DNA of 46,658 nucleotides from an uncultured Chloroherpeton sp. (GTDB lineage Bacteria; Bacteroidota; Ignavibacteria; Kapaibacteriales; UBA2268): NCBI GenBank assembly GCA_964405755.1, contig CAYOPF010000003.1, positions 1 to 46,658 of the forward strand, read 5' to 3'. Shown piece by piece: positions 17,712 to 27,002 of this stretch (position 1 is its first letter; each line of letters starts with the position of its first letter). The notes under the pieces were generated by a model. It saw only the letters and a program-made list of their open reading frames with translations, ran no database searches and was not told where the DNA came from. The position numbers and the translations under genes were made by a program.

Positions 17712-19010
17712 ATGAAGATAAAGTTTGTATTAATATTATTAATTGTTTTTATCACCACAAAACAAACGATATTTGCCCAAGACATTGAAAAGAATTTTGA
17801 ATTAGGCCGTAACCTGATGGTATTGAGCAAATGGTCCGATGCGGCAAATGAGTTTATTAAGGTGTTGCAAAAGGACCCAAAGCATCCCGATGCACTTTTC
17901 AATGTTAGTTTATGCTATTATTATTTGCAAGAATATGATTCGTCCGACATCTTTATAAGCAAGTTAATCAAACAACTACCAAATCAACCCGATGTAAACA
18001 ACCTTTTTGGTTTGGTCAGATTACAGAAGCAGGATACAAATACTGCTTTCAAATCATTTACAAAAGCAATTGATTTAGACAAGAATTTTGCCGAAGCACT
18101 TTTGAATAGAGGAAAAATATATATAGAATGGAAGAAATACGAGGAAGCATACAAAGATTTAAGTAAAGCTGCAAAATTAGACACAATGAATGCCGCCATT
18201 TATTTCAGTTTGGCACGAACCGAACATAGTTTAGAAAAATACTATGATGCAATAGACCATTTTCGTATTGCAATGGAAAATGGTTACACAAATACTGACA
18301 TCTTTTACCGAAGAGGAAATTCTTACTTTAAAGTAGATAAATATCAGGAAGCAATAGAGGATTATACACGGGTAATCTTGTGGGAACCTCTATATGTGCT
18401 TGCATACAATAATCGTGCTTTTGCCTTCGAAAAGTTGGGCGATGTTTACCGCGCCGAACAGGACAAGCAATTTGTTGCTGAAGTGGAAATGAGTAAGAAA
18501 CTTAATGCCAAAGATGTTCAGTACATACGCTATAAATCTTCCGATTCGGGTATAACAATGTTACTTCCCGAAAGATTCATTTCGTCAGAAACAAGATATG
18601 CTGATAGTACAGTTATATTGTTCAAACCAGACAGCGTGCTTGCCCAAACTCACAAAGTAGCATTTAGTTTGAAAATAATACCTTTTTATTCGAGAATAGT
18701 AGGTGCAAACGAACCTGCAGAACTGATAGAATATTGGCGAAAAGTACAGGATTCTGCAGAATCGCGATACTACAGATACGAGTTATTTGAAAGGAAGAAC
18801 AAACCCTATCGCTCTTTTCCAACGGTCTTAGATAAAATTATTTTCCAGGAAGATCCATTTGGAGTGGCATCCATTGTTATGAATTATGGAATAGTTTACG
18901 GAGAACATTTAATCGAATTCAATTTTGCTATTCCATTACCGATTTTCTTCTATTACGACGAAATTTTCGCAAAAATCCTAGAATCACTTTCAGTAAACAG
19001 GATACTTTAA
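17712..19010 (+). CDS. Secreted TPR-repeat protein with an unassigned C-terminal domain
   Basis: A signal peptide MKIKFVLILLIVFITT..IFA, several TPR-like repeats (AxxxFxKxLxxDPxxxxA) and a ~170-aa C-terminus with no recognisable motif. Confidence 0.7.
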   Translation: MKIKFVLILLIVFITTKQTIFAQDIEKNFELGRNLMVLSKWSDAANEFIKVLQKDPKHPDALFNVSLCYYYLQEYDSSDIFISKLIKQLPNQPDVNNLFGLVRLQKQDTNTAFKSFTKAIDLDKNFAEALLNRGKIYIEWKKYEEAYKDLSKAAKLDTMNAAIYFSLARTEHSLEKYYDAIDHFRIAMENGYTNTDIFYRRGNSYFKVDKYQEAIEDYTRVILWEPLYVLAYNNRAFAFEKLGDVYRAEQDKQFVAEVEMSKKLNAKDVQYIRYKSSDSGITMLLPERFISSETRYADSTVILFKPDSVLAQTHKVAFSLKIIPFYSRIVGANEPAELIEYWRKVQDSAESRYYRYELFERKNKPYRSFPTVLDKIIFQEDPFGVASIVMNYGIVYGEHLIEFNFAIPLPIFFYYDEIFAKILESLSVNRIL

Positions 19011-19054
19011 ATGCCCTTTTCTACTATATTAATCAATAAATTTTGAGGGATTAA

Positions 19055-20623
19055 ATGTTTAAAGGTAAAATTTTGTGGATCGATGATGAAATCGATATTC
19101 TAAAACCACATATAATACTGTTGAAAGAAAAGGGCTATGATGTGGATACCGCAACCAATGGGGAAGACGGAATCGAAAAAGTGAAAACCGAGCACTACGA
19201 CTTAGTGTTTTTGGACGAAACTATGGTTGGTCTTACTGGTTTGGAAACCCTACCAGTTATCAAAAGCATCGACCCCAATACTGCAATAGTGATGGTAACC
19301 AAGAACGAAGCCGAAAGCTTGATGGAAGAAGCAATTGGCAAATCAATTGACGATTATTTGACAAAGCCAGTCAACCCGGCACAAATTATTATGACTTGCA
19401 AAAAATTCTTAGAAGAAAGCCGAATTAAACAGGAGAAGTTTATCCAAAGCTACCTTTCGGTTTTCAATCAGTTATCTCAACGAATATCTTTTAGCAATCA
19501 TTGGGAAGAATGGGTCGATATCTACAAAGAGTTAGTAAAATGGTCGCTGGAATTAGACAGAATTAAAGATACAGGTTTGGAGCAAACCATTAATGATCAG
19601 TGGAAGTTGGCCAACACCGAGTTTTCGAAATTTGTAGAAGAAAATTACACCGACTGGCTCACCGACAAGCCCGGAAATTCTAACCCGATAATGTCGCCTC
19701 ATTTATTAAATATATATTTGGAGGATGCACTAAAAAGCAGTTCCAATGTATTCTTTATCGTTGTAGATTGTATGCGCTACGACCAGTGGTTGGTTATGAG
19801 CGAATTATTAGCACCATACTTTACTTCAAAAACCGAATTTTATAGCTCAATCTTGCCCACAGCAACTCCATTTGCTCGTAATTCTATTTTTGCAGGTTTA
19901 TATCCAACCCAGATTAAACAAAATTATCCTCAGTGGTGGAATGTGGACTTTAATTCCGAAGACCACAAACAAAATGCTTTCGAAAAAGAGTTATTAGATG
20001 CATGGATTCAGAGAAAGAGAATTAATCTTAAATCGAAATTAAATTTTATAAAGATTTTTGACACTGATTATGGCAAAAAAATCGAGAAAGAATTCAATTC
20101 TTATATCGATTCCCACTTAACTGCATTGGTTATAAATGCTGTCGATATGATAGCCCATTCCCGTTCAGATTATGCCATACTCAAGGAAATTGCCCCCGAC
20201 GAATCAGCTTATCGCAGTCTAACCAAATCGTGGTTCTCTCATTCAAGCTTGTTAAATATACTAATCAACATTTCTTCCCGTAAGAACGCAAAAGTTATTA
20301 TCACAACCGATCATGGTTCAATCCGATGTATGAGAGGAGTGCAAGTGCTTGGCGACCGCGAAACAAGTTCGAATTTAAGATACAAATTTGGCAAAAATGT
20401 AAAGACCGACTCGAAAAGTGCAATGATGGTACGCGACTTGGAGCATATCAAAATTCCTCGTCAAGGCATTTCCGTTAGTAATTTTATTGCCAAAGAAGAT
20501 ACTTATTTTGTTTATCCTACTGATTATCATTATTATCTTAATAAATACCGAGATAGTTTCCAGCATGGAGGTATTTCGCTCGAAGAAATGATAATTCCAA
20601 TTAGTGTACTTACGCCGCGCTAA
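19055..20623 (+). CDS. porX: PorX-type response regulator (CheY receiver plus PglZ/alkaline-phosphatase domain)
   Basis: The receiver is KILWIDDE...DLVFLDETM...TK. The ~350-aa C-terminus has PglZ-like motifs (VDCMRYDQW, ITTDHGS). Size and architecture match the T9SS regulator PorX. Confidence 0.75.
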   Translation: MFKGKILWIDDEIDILKPHIILLKEKGYDVDTATNGEDGIEKVKTEHYDLVFLDETMVGLTGLETLPVIKSIDPNTAIVMVTKNEAESLMEEAIGKSIDDYLTKPVNPAQIIMTCKKFLEESRIKQEKFIQSYLSVFNQLSQRISFSNHWEEWVDIYKELVKWSLELDRIKDTGLEQTINDQWKLANTEFSKFVEENYTDWLTDKPGNSNPIMSPHLLNIYLEDALKSSSNVFFIVVDCMRYDQWLVMSELLAPYFTSKTEFYSSILPTATPFARNSIFAGLYPTQIKQNYPQWWNVDFNSEDHKQNAFEKELLDAWIQRKRINLKSKLNFIKIFDTDYGKKIEKEFNSYIDSHLTALVINAVDMIAHSRSDYAILKEIAPDESAYRSLTKSWFSHSSLLNILINISSRKNAKVIITTDHGSIRCMRGVQVLGDRETSSNLRYKFGKNVKTDSKSAMMVRDLEHIKIPRQGISVSNFIAKEDTYFVYPTDYHYYLNKYRDSFQHGGISLEEMIIPISVLTPR

Positions 20624-20663
20624 AAATTCATAGGATATTTGCTTGTTATTCATTGATTTTAAG

Positions 20664-20671
20664 TAATTTTG
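20664..20671 (+). promoter_or_regulatory. Candidate -7 promoter element TAATTTTG for tsaE
   Basis: Matches TAnnTTTG, 33 nt upstream of the ATG at 20704. Confidence 0.35.
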
Positions 20672-20703
20672 CTTTTTATTTTTTTCTGTAGCCAAAGGTA
20701 TCT

Positions 20704-21168
20704 ATGCACAATTTTGAATTTTCAACTTTAAGTGAGGACGAAACAATAGACCTGGGCCATGAGTTTGCGAAAGGTCTTGTTGCTGGCGATATCATAGCAA
20801 TTTATGGCGATTTAGGTTCTGGTAAAACCGAGTTTGTAAAAGGTATTTGCGAATACTACAAAGTTGAGGAAATAGTTACAAGTCCCACATTTACTATAGT
20901 CAATAAATATAATGGGACTACTTCGGATGCTCAGGTAATTCTTTACCACATCGATCTTTATCGAATCGATAAAGAAAGTGAGTTGCTCGAAATTGGTTTC
21001 GAAGAATACTTAAGCGACAGAACTGCAATTACATTAATAGAATGGGCCGAAAAAACCTCTCTTATTCCCGATAATGCTATTCAGATTAAAATCTTTCTAG
21101 ATGAAGAAGACGACAACAAAAGATTGATCACAATCAAATCTCCCAAAGAGTTCAAAATCGGGATGTAG
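20704..21168 (+). CDS. tsaE: tRNA t6A37 biosynthesis ATPase TsaE
   Basis: Walker A GDLGSGKTEFVKG, SPTFTIVN and HIDLYR are hallmark TsaE/YjeE motifs. Confidence 0.9.
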   Translation: MHNFEFSTLSEDETIDLGHEFAKGLVAGDIIAIYGDLGSGKTEFVKGICEYYKVEEIVTSPTFTIVNKYNGTTSDAQVILYHIDLYRIDKESELLEIGFEEYLSDRTAITLIEWAEKTSLIPDNAIQIKIFLDEEDDNKRLITIKSPKEFKIGM

Positions 21169-21231
21169 CTCAGTTGGTAGAGTACTGCGTTCGGGACGCA
21201 GGGGTCGCTGGTTCGAGTCCAGTTATCCCGA
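21159..21231 (+). tRNA. tRNA-Pro (anticodon CGG)
   Basis: Hand-folded cloverleaf: acceptor CGGGATG/TATCCCG (C1-G72, typical of bacterial tRNA-Pro), D arm GCTC-AGTTGGTA-GAGT, anticodon arm CTGCG-TTCGGGA-CGCAG (CGG, G37), T arm GCTGG-TTCGAGT-CCAGT, discriminator A. No encoded CCA. Not in the ORF track. Confidence 0.9.
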
Positions 21232-21250
21232 CTAAATTTAAGGATTTACT

Positions 21251-22234
21251 ATGAAAAAATATGATGTTGCAATAGTTGGAGCAACTGGTCTTGTTGGCCG
21301 TACATTTCTCCAAGTACTCGACGAAAGAAATTTCCCTATCCAAAATCAATATTTGTACTCCTCTGCCAGGTCTGCAGGCAACATAATTACTTTCAGGGGA
21401 AACGATTACAAGGTTATTGAACTTACTAATGAAACTATCCGCAAATGCGATTTCGCACTATTCTCGGCCGGAGGCGATATAAGTAAGCAATATGCACCCG
21501 TTTTTGCAAAAAACGGAACTGTTGTTATTGATAATTCATCAGCATGGCGAATGCACGTGGATGTGCCATTAGTCGTTCCTGAGGTTAATTCCCACCACAT
21601 TGCTAATCACAAAGGTATTATTGCCAATCCAAATTGCTCTACTATCCAACTTATGCCTGTGCTAGATGCAATTAACAAATCCGCGGGACTGGAAAAAGTA
21701 ATTGTCTCGACATATCAGTCGATATCGGGTGCGGGTCAAAAAGGTTTATCACAATTGCAGGAGGAGAGCAAAGGTCACATCGCAGTGGAACCGACAAAAC
21801 AGATATATTCGAATGCAATCTTCCATCCCGCTTCCGAATCCAATCCTGAGTGGACTGTCGAAGAGATTAAGATGGTAAATGAAAGCCGTAAAATATTGAG
21901 CATTCCCGACCTGAAGTTTTCTGTAACCTGCGTTAGATTACCTATCGAAATTGGACATAGCGAAAGCGTTTATGTGGAAACCAAAGAGAACTTTGAATTG
22001 GATAATGTCATTTCTGCTATAGAAACGATGCCAAACATAATCTTGATGAATAATTTTTCTGAAGGAGAATACCCAACTCCAGTAATTTCGCAGGATAGGG
22101 ACGAAATCTTTGTTGGTCGAATCAGACACGATATAAATACAAAAAATGGTTTATGGTTCTGGGTTGTTGCCAACAACGTTCGAAAAGGAGCTGCTACAAA
22201 TGCAGTTCAAATAGCCGAAGAAATGATTAAGTAA
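21251..22234 (+). CDS. asd: Aspartate-semialdehyde dehydrogenase
   Basis: N-terminal VAIVGATGLVG and the active-site NPNCSTIQL. Confidence 0.93.
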   Translation: MKKYDVAIVGATGLVGRTFLQVLDERNFPIQNQYLYSSARSAGNIITFRGNDYKVIELTNETIRKCDFALFSAGGDISKQYAPVFAKNGTVVIDNSSAWRMHVDVPLVVPEVNSHHIANHKGIIANPNCSTIQLMPVLDAINKSAGLEKVIVSTYQSISGAGQKGLSQLQEESKGHIAVEPTKQIYSNAIFHPASESNPEWTVEEIKMVNESRKILSIPDLKFSVTCVRLPIEIGHSESVYVETKENFELDNVISAIETMPNIILMNNFSEGEYPTPVISQDRDEIFVGRIRHDINTKNGLWFWVVANNVRKGAATNAVQIAEEMIK

Positions 22235-22273
22235 CTTAATTATAAAAGTACTTTTTTCAGTTAATTGTTATGA

Positions 22274-22966
22274 TTATTTGTTGATTTCGTCGTAAATTAG
22301 CTCGGCCAACTTTAAGTCGAATTGAGTAGTAATTTTAATATTATATTCACTACCTTCAATAATATACACCTTGTAACCTAAAAATTCAACCAATTGCGAG
22401 GAATCGCTGCCAATGTAATTCACATCACGAGCTTTTTGGTAAGCATTTGCTATGATATCTTTCCAAAAACTTTGCGGAGTTTGGCTTATACTTACTCTAT
22501 TTCTTTGGATTGTTCTTAGAATTTCACTTTTGGTATTAATTTCCTTAACAGGGTCTTTTGGTGCAGTTCCGGCAATCACAGCACCATAATCTTCGGTAAG
22601 TTCTATAATTTTATTGACTAATTTTTCTTCGATAAAAGGACGAACTGAATCGTGAACCATAACAATATCGATGTCTTCCAATGATTTCGATTGTAGTGCG
22701 TTATAGATTGAATCCTGTCTTTCTTTTCCTCCAACCACAACATCCTTTACTTTTGGAAGATCGTACTTTGCAACAAGTTCCTTCGTATAGGTAAACCATT
22801 CGCTATGAACAGGGATTACGATTGATTCAACTGAAGGAATATTCGAAAACTTCTCAATTGTATGGATTATTATTGGTTTGCCCTTCAATTCGATGAATTG
22901 CTTTGGCATTTCGCCACCAAATCGTTCACCTTTGCCACCAGCGGTTATAATTACTGCTACTTTCAT
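22274..22966 (-). CDS. ispD: 2-C-methyl-D-erythritol 4-phosphate cytidylyltransferase
   Basis: VAVIITAGGKGERFGGEMPKQF and VHDSVRPF are typical IspD motifs. Confidence 0.9.
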   Translation of the reverse strand: MKVAVIITAGGKGERFGGEMPKQFIELKGKPIIIHTIEKFSNIPSVESIVIPVHSEWFTYTKELVAKYDLPKVKDVVVGGKERQDSIYNALQSKSLEDIDIVMVHDSVRPFIEEKLVNKIIELTEDYGAVIAGTAPKDPVKEINTKSEILRTIQRNRVSISQTPQSFWKDIIANAYQKARDVNYIGSDSSQLVEFLGYKVYIIEGSEYNIKITTQFDLKLAELIYDEINK

Positions 22967-23042
22967 TTGCTTTAACTTTAATTTTCATATAAAACGAAAT
23001 AATTGAATTATTATTCATAAAAAACAAAATTATTTTTGTTGA

Positions 23043-25112
23043 TTAGTTAATATCGAGCCGAGCAAATGCTGTATAAATTCGAAGCAAGGGGTAACTAACT
23101 TCACTTTGGATTTTCATTCTAATTTCGCTTAATCTTGCTGTTGGCTTTTTCGAAAGAATTTTTACTATTTCATTATAAATACTTTTTTCGATAAATGTGG
23201 GTTTGATAGAAATGTAGCCCAACTCAATGCCTTTTTGACAAATATTCGCAATTTCTGGCGGGGTCATTTTCGATTTTTCAACAAATTGTTCGAATGTGTG
23301 GTTTTCGGTAAATAGCTGATTAATGGACATATAGAGTTTGAATTCCCTGTCGCTAGGTTTATGCTCGGGGATATATTTTGTTTTGAATTCACGGACAATT
23401 AGATTTTTATCTAACTTTTTGCGACAAGAGTCGCAAACCCCGCAATTCTTGGGATTGCTCTCGCCAAAGTAATCTAATATGAAGGCAGATTTACAATTTG
23501 GTGTTTTCAGAAATTCAAGAAAAGTTAAATACTTCTTTGTTTGCGAGTCCCTGCGTTTTTGCATTTCTGCAATTGTTTCTATTATCATACTCTCACTGAA
23601 AGAATAGGTTAGCACTTTTATTCCAGAAAGATGCATTTTTTTGTTTATTTGAAGCAAACTATTGTTTTGTAACGAGTTAAGTTGGGTTAATAGCAGATCG
23701 TGTGTTATTCCCAGTTCATTAATCAGAAATCTAAGGTCGACGGTTATAGATAGACTTGAGTTCATCTCAGTTAAATCCAATAGGTTGTAATATACATCTA
23801 TCCTTTCTTTATCCAAAAAACCAATGATTTTCGTTGTTGATTCATTTAATTCTGTCAGCTCAATATCATATATAGAGGAATTATCATAAAACTTGATTAT
23901 TTCCTTTCGTTCCAAATACCTAACAAGTACGGTAAGATTGGATTCTCTGATGTTCAAATATCTTGCGAAAGTTTCCAAATCACCCTTAATATAATTAGTT
24001 TCTTCTTTCTGCATACTTAACGACAAAAAGTTAAATAATTTATTGATATCGTTGGTATTTGGAAATAAATTGCTAATAAAGTAATTAGCTAAATTTTCGT
24101 CTTCTGGGCTGTAGACTAATATTGCATCCGAGGGCTTCCCATCGCAGCCCGCTCTTCCGATTTCCTGATAATATGCTTCCAAAGTTAATGGTAAATATGC
24201 ATGGATTACGCAACGAATATCGGATTTGTCAATACCCATACCAAATGCATTGGTTGCAACAATAATGCGGGACTCTCCGCTAATAAATTTCTCCTGAATC
24301 TGCTTTCTTTCTTCGTTTTCCATAGCTCCGTTGTAGGGAACAGCTGTAAAACCATGACTATTGAGAAAGTCGCTTAATTCATAAGTTGCTTTGCGTGTTC
24401 CCACATATATTATCGTCGAATTATCCCTTTTTTGACTTAGTAAGTCCAGAATTGCCTTTGTTCTATTATTAGGGTAAGTTATTGAAATAGAGATATTTGG
24501 TCTTTCGAATCCGCCAACATAAATATTGGGTGCTTTCATTTCGAGTGACTGCACAATATCCTTCCTTACCTCTGGCGTTGCTGTTGCAGTAAATGCCGCA
24601 ACTAATATCCTCGAGATTCGTTCGAATATTTTTGTAATCTTTCGATAACTAGGACGGAAATCGTGCCCCCATTCGCTTATGCAATGGGCTTCGTCCACTG
24701 CAATAAAACTGACATTGGATTGGTCCAATGCTTCCAGAAATATCGGACTTTCAATCCGCTCCGGAGCAATGTAAACTAATTTATAGTCGCCCGAAATAAA
24801 TTCTTTGAGTCTCTTTTTGAACTCATAATCACTTAATGTACTGTTGATGAATGTTGCTGGTATATTGCGGGCAGATAATGCATCCACTTGATCTTTCATT
24901 AAAGAAATCAAAGGAGAAATAACAAGAGTAGTACCTTCGAAAATCAATGCAGGGATTTGATAACAAATTGATTTGCCACCACCTGTAGGCAGTATTGCAA
25001 CCGTATCGTTGCCCTTTAATATCGAATTAATTATATCAAGTTGGTTAAACCTGAATGAATCATATCCATAATATTGATTGAGAATTTCTGTTGGGTTTTG
25101 ATTCATCCACAT
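23043..25112 (-). CDS. recQ: RecQ-family ATP-dependent DNA helicase
   Basis: FRFNQLDII, PTGGGKSICYQ, DEAHCISEWGHDFRPSY and a Cys cluster NC...NCGVCDSC. About 160 extra residues lie between the helicase core and the Zn motif. Confidence 0.88.
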   Translation of the reverse strand: MWMNQNPTEILNQYYGYDSFRFNQLDIINSILKGNDTVAILPTGGGKSICYQIPALIFEGTTLVISPLISLMKDQVDALSARNIPATFINSTLSDYEFKKRLKEFISGDYKLVYIAPERIESPIFLEALDQSNVSFIAVDEAHCISEWGHDFRPSYRKITKIFERISRILVAAFTATATPEVRKDIVQSLEMKAPNIYVGGFERPNISISITYPNNRTKAILDLLSQKRDNSTIIYVGTRKATYELSDFLNSHGFTAVPYNGAMENEERKQIQEKFISGESRIIVATNAFGMGIDKSDIRCVIHAYLPLTLEAYYQEIGRAGCDGKPSDAILVYSPEDENLANYFISNLFPNTNDINKLFNFLSLSMQKEETNYIKGDLETFARYLNIRESNLTVLVRYLERKEIIKFYDNSSIYDIELTELNESTTKIIGFLDKERIDVYYNLLDLTEMNSSLSITVDLRFLINELGITHDLLLTQLNSLQNNSLLQINKKMHLSGIKVLTYSFSESMIIETIAEMQKRRDSQTKKYLTFLEFLKTPNCKSAFILDYFGESNPKNCGVCDSCRKKLDKNLIVREFKTKYIPEHKPSDREFKLYMSINQLFTENHTFEQFVEKSKMTPPEIANICQKGIELGYISIKPTFIEKSIYNEIVKILSKKPTARLSEIRMKIQSEVSYPLLRIYTAFARLDIN

Positions 25113-25127
25113 ATAATAACATTTGCA

Positions 25128-26291
25128 CTAATTACCATCTGTTTCGAGCAGCATTATTTTATTTAAGTAATGCTCCATCTTATCGGGATGAATTTCCATT
25201 AGCTTTTGGTAAATATCAATGGCATTCATATATTTACCTTGCTTTTCGTATATCATTGCCAATGTTTCTGTTGGGACAAAATCATCGGGAAAATGTTCAT
25301 CGGTGCTCTCCTCTTGCTCGTACTCTGAATCTTCCATCGATTCTGATTCGATAATATTTTGAGATTTCACAAAGTCGTTAGCTGTCGAAATGGTTATTTC
25401 TTCATCGACTTCGTCAGCATTATGCTCAACACTTTCTAAATTGAGGTAATTTTCGACAGAGATGTTTTTACTCAATTCGAAAATATCGGAGTAATTGAAA
25501 TTAAACGGCAGATAGTTGATTCCTACAATCAAGCTGATATCAGAAAAATTAGTATTCTGAACATCGATAACTTGCGAGGAATTTATCTCGGATTCAAATG
25601 GAGTATGTTCTTTTTGCAATATGAGTAAATCTTCCGAAAAGTCCACAACCGATTCGGGGTTATCATTACTGTTGGAGAAATCCTGTAAATCTGCAATTTC
25701 GCTTTCCAATTCTGCGTACTCTTGAATTAACTCTTCGTTTGTGTCATCATTTTCATCAGTATCTATCATCTGCTCTACATATTCACCATCTACATTTGCA
25801 ATCTCATCTTCCAAATCCTCTATTGTTTCTTCTATATCTTCGATAACAGATTGGGCCTCGTCAATCAATTCATCAATATTTACCAACTCTTCTTGAACCC
25901 CAACGTCATTGTTTTCGTTATTGCTTAATTCAACTTCAACCATTGCCCATTTATCTTGATCATCGGGTATTTCATCAACATCCAGAACGTCGGATTCAAT
26001 GTTAGAAGGTTCTTGATTATTCACAAGTAAAGTTCCCTCGGCTTTCATTTTCTCATCGATTACCTTTGTAGTAATGGCTTTGGGGAATTGCTGATGGATT
26101 TGCTCCACCAAATTGTCTCTCTCGCTGGCTTCTCCCATCATTTCGTAAGCTTCTGCCATTAAGACGTAGCCAATTTGATAATCGGGGAAAAACTGCAAAC
26201 CTCGCTTGCAGATTTTAACAGCAAGTTGAGGGTTGTTCTTTTTTAAAGCTTTCTCTGCTTGTATTGCAAATAATGGTGATATTTCTTCCAT
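25128..26291 (-). CDS. Highly acidic protein with TPR-like ends
   Basis: TPR-like helices lie at both termini, for example ETLAMIYEKQGKYMNAIDIYQKLMEIHPD. The central ~250 aa are D/E-rich low complexity. Confidence 0.55.
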   Translation of the reverse strand: MEEISPLFAIQAEKALKKNNPQLAVKICKRGLQFFPDYQIGYVLMAEAYEMMGEASERDNLVEQIHQQFPKAITTKVIDEKMKAEGTLLVNNQEPSNIESDVLDVDEIPDDQDKWAMVEVELSNNENNDVGVQEELVNIDELIDEAQSVIEDIEETIEDLEDEIANVDGEYVEQMIDTDENDDTNEELIQEYAELESEIADLQDFSNSNDNPESVVDFSEDLLILQKEHTPFESEINSSQVIDVQNTNFSDISLIVGINYLPFNFNYSDIFELSKNISVENYLNLESVEHNADEVDEEITISTANDFVKSQNIIESESMEDSEYEQEESTDEHFPDDFVPTETLAMIYEKQGKYMNAIDIYQKLMEIHPDKMEHYLNKIMLLETDGN

Positions 26292-26990
26292 CTATCTTCT
26301 ACTTCCAAATAATCTTAATAACATCAAGAACAAATTAATGAAGTCCAAATATAAAATCAAGGCACCGACTATCGCAGTGTTTGCTTCTGCTTGGCCACCA
26401 GTAACTCTTACTAAGTGCATTTCTTTTATCTTTTGTGTGTCATAGGCTGTTAAACCAGCAAATACCAGCACTCCCACTACACTAATTACAAAACCTAAAG
26501 CAGAACTTGCCAGAAAAATATTGACAACCGATGCAATTATTATTCCAACCAAACCCATAAAGAAAAATGTTCCCCATGGCGACAAATCCTTTTTGGTAAA
26601 GAATGCCCAGGCGCTAATCGATCCAAACATGAGAGAAGAAGACAAGAACACATTTAGTATCGATTGCATTGTGTAAACTACAAATATTGTCGAAAATGTC
26701 AGTCCTGTTAGGCCCGAATAAAGAAGAAAGATTAATGCCGCTACTGGTGTGCTCATTCGCATTGCCCATCCCGATAGCGAAATAACTGCTCCTAATTGGA
26801 GTACAATTAAAATTATCAAGGTAGTTGAATTCAGGAAATTAAACACCAATCCTGAGTTATAAACATACATAGAAACTAATGTAGTGATTAATAAACCACC
26901 TGTCATCCAGGAATATACCTTACGCATGAATACTTTTTGCGAGGCAAGTATTTTTTCATTTAGCTCTTGAACTATATATTGATCTTGCAT
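26292..26990 (-). CDS. Bax inhibitor-1/YccA-family membrane protein
   Basis: About seven TM segments, an FMRKVYSWM start and a C-terminal YLDFINLFLMLLRLFG pattern typical of the BI-1 family. Confidence 0.85.
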   Translation of the reverse strand: MQDQYIVQELNEKILASQKVFMRKVYSWMTGGLLITTLVSMYVYNSGLVFNFLNSTTLIILIVLQLGAVISLSGWAMRMSTPVAALIFLLYSGLTGLTFSTIFVVYTMQSILNVFLSSSLMFGSISAWAFFTKKDLSPWGTFFFMGLVGIIIASVVNIFLASSALGFVISVVGVLVFAGLTAYDTQKIKEMHLVRVTGGQAEANTAIVGALILYLDFINLFLMLLRLFGSRR

Positions 26991-27002
26991 TAATTTTACT
27001 CC

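Noticed and set aside
19055-20623. The PglZ domain as evidence for a BREX/DISARM defence system
   Set aside because: No pglX, brxA/B/C/L or other BREX/DISARM genes are present. The PglZ domain is fused to a CheY receiver, which is the PorX architecture.
20375-20695. 106-aa minus-strand ORF overlapping the 3' end of porX
   Set aside because: It is antisense to a supported CDS, its translation is low-complexity and N/I/K-rich, and the tsaE promoter region occupies its 5' part.
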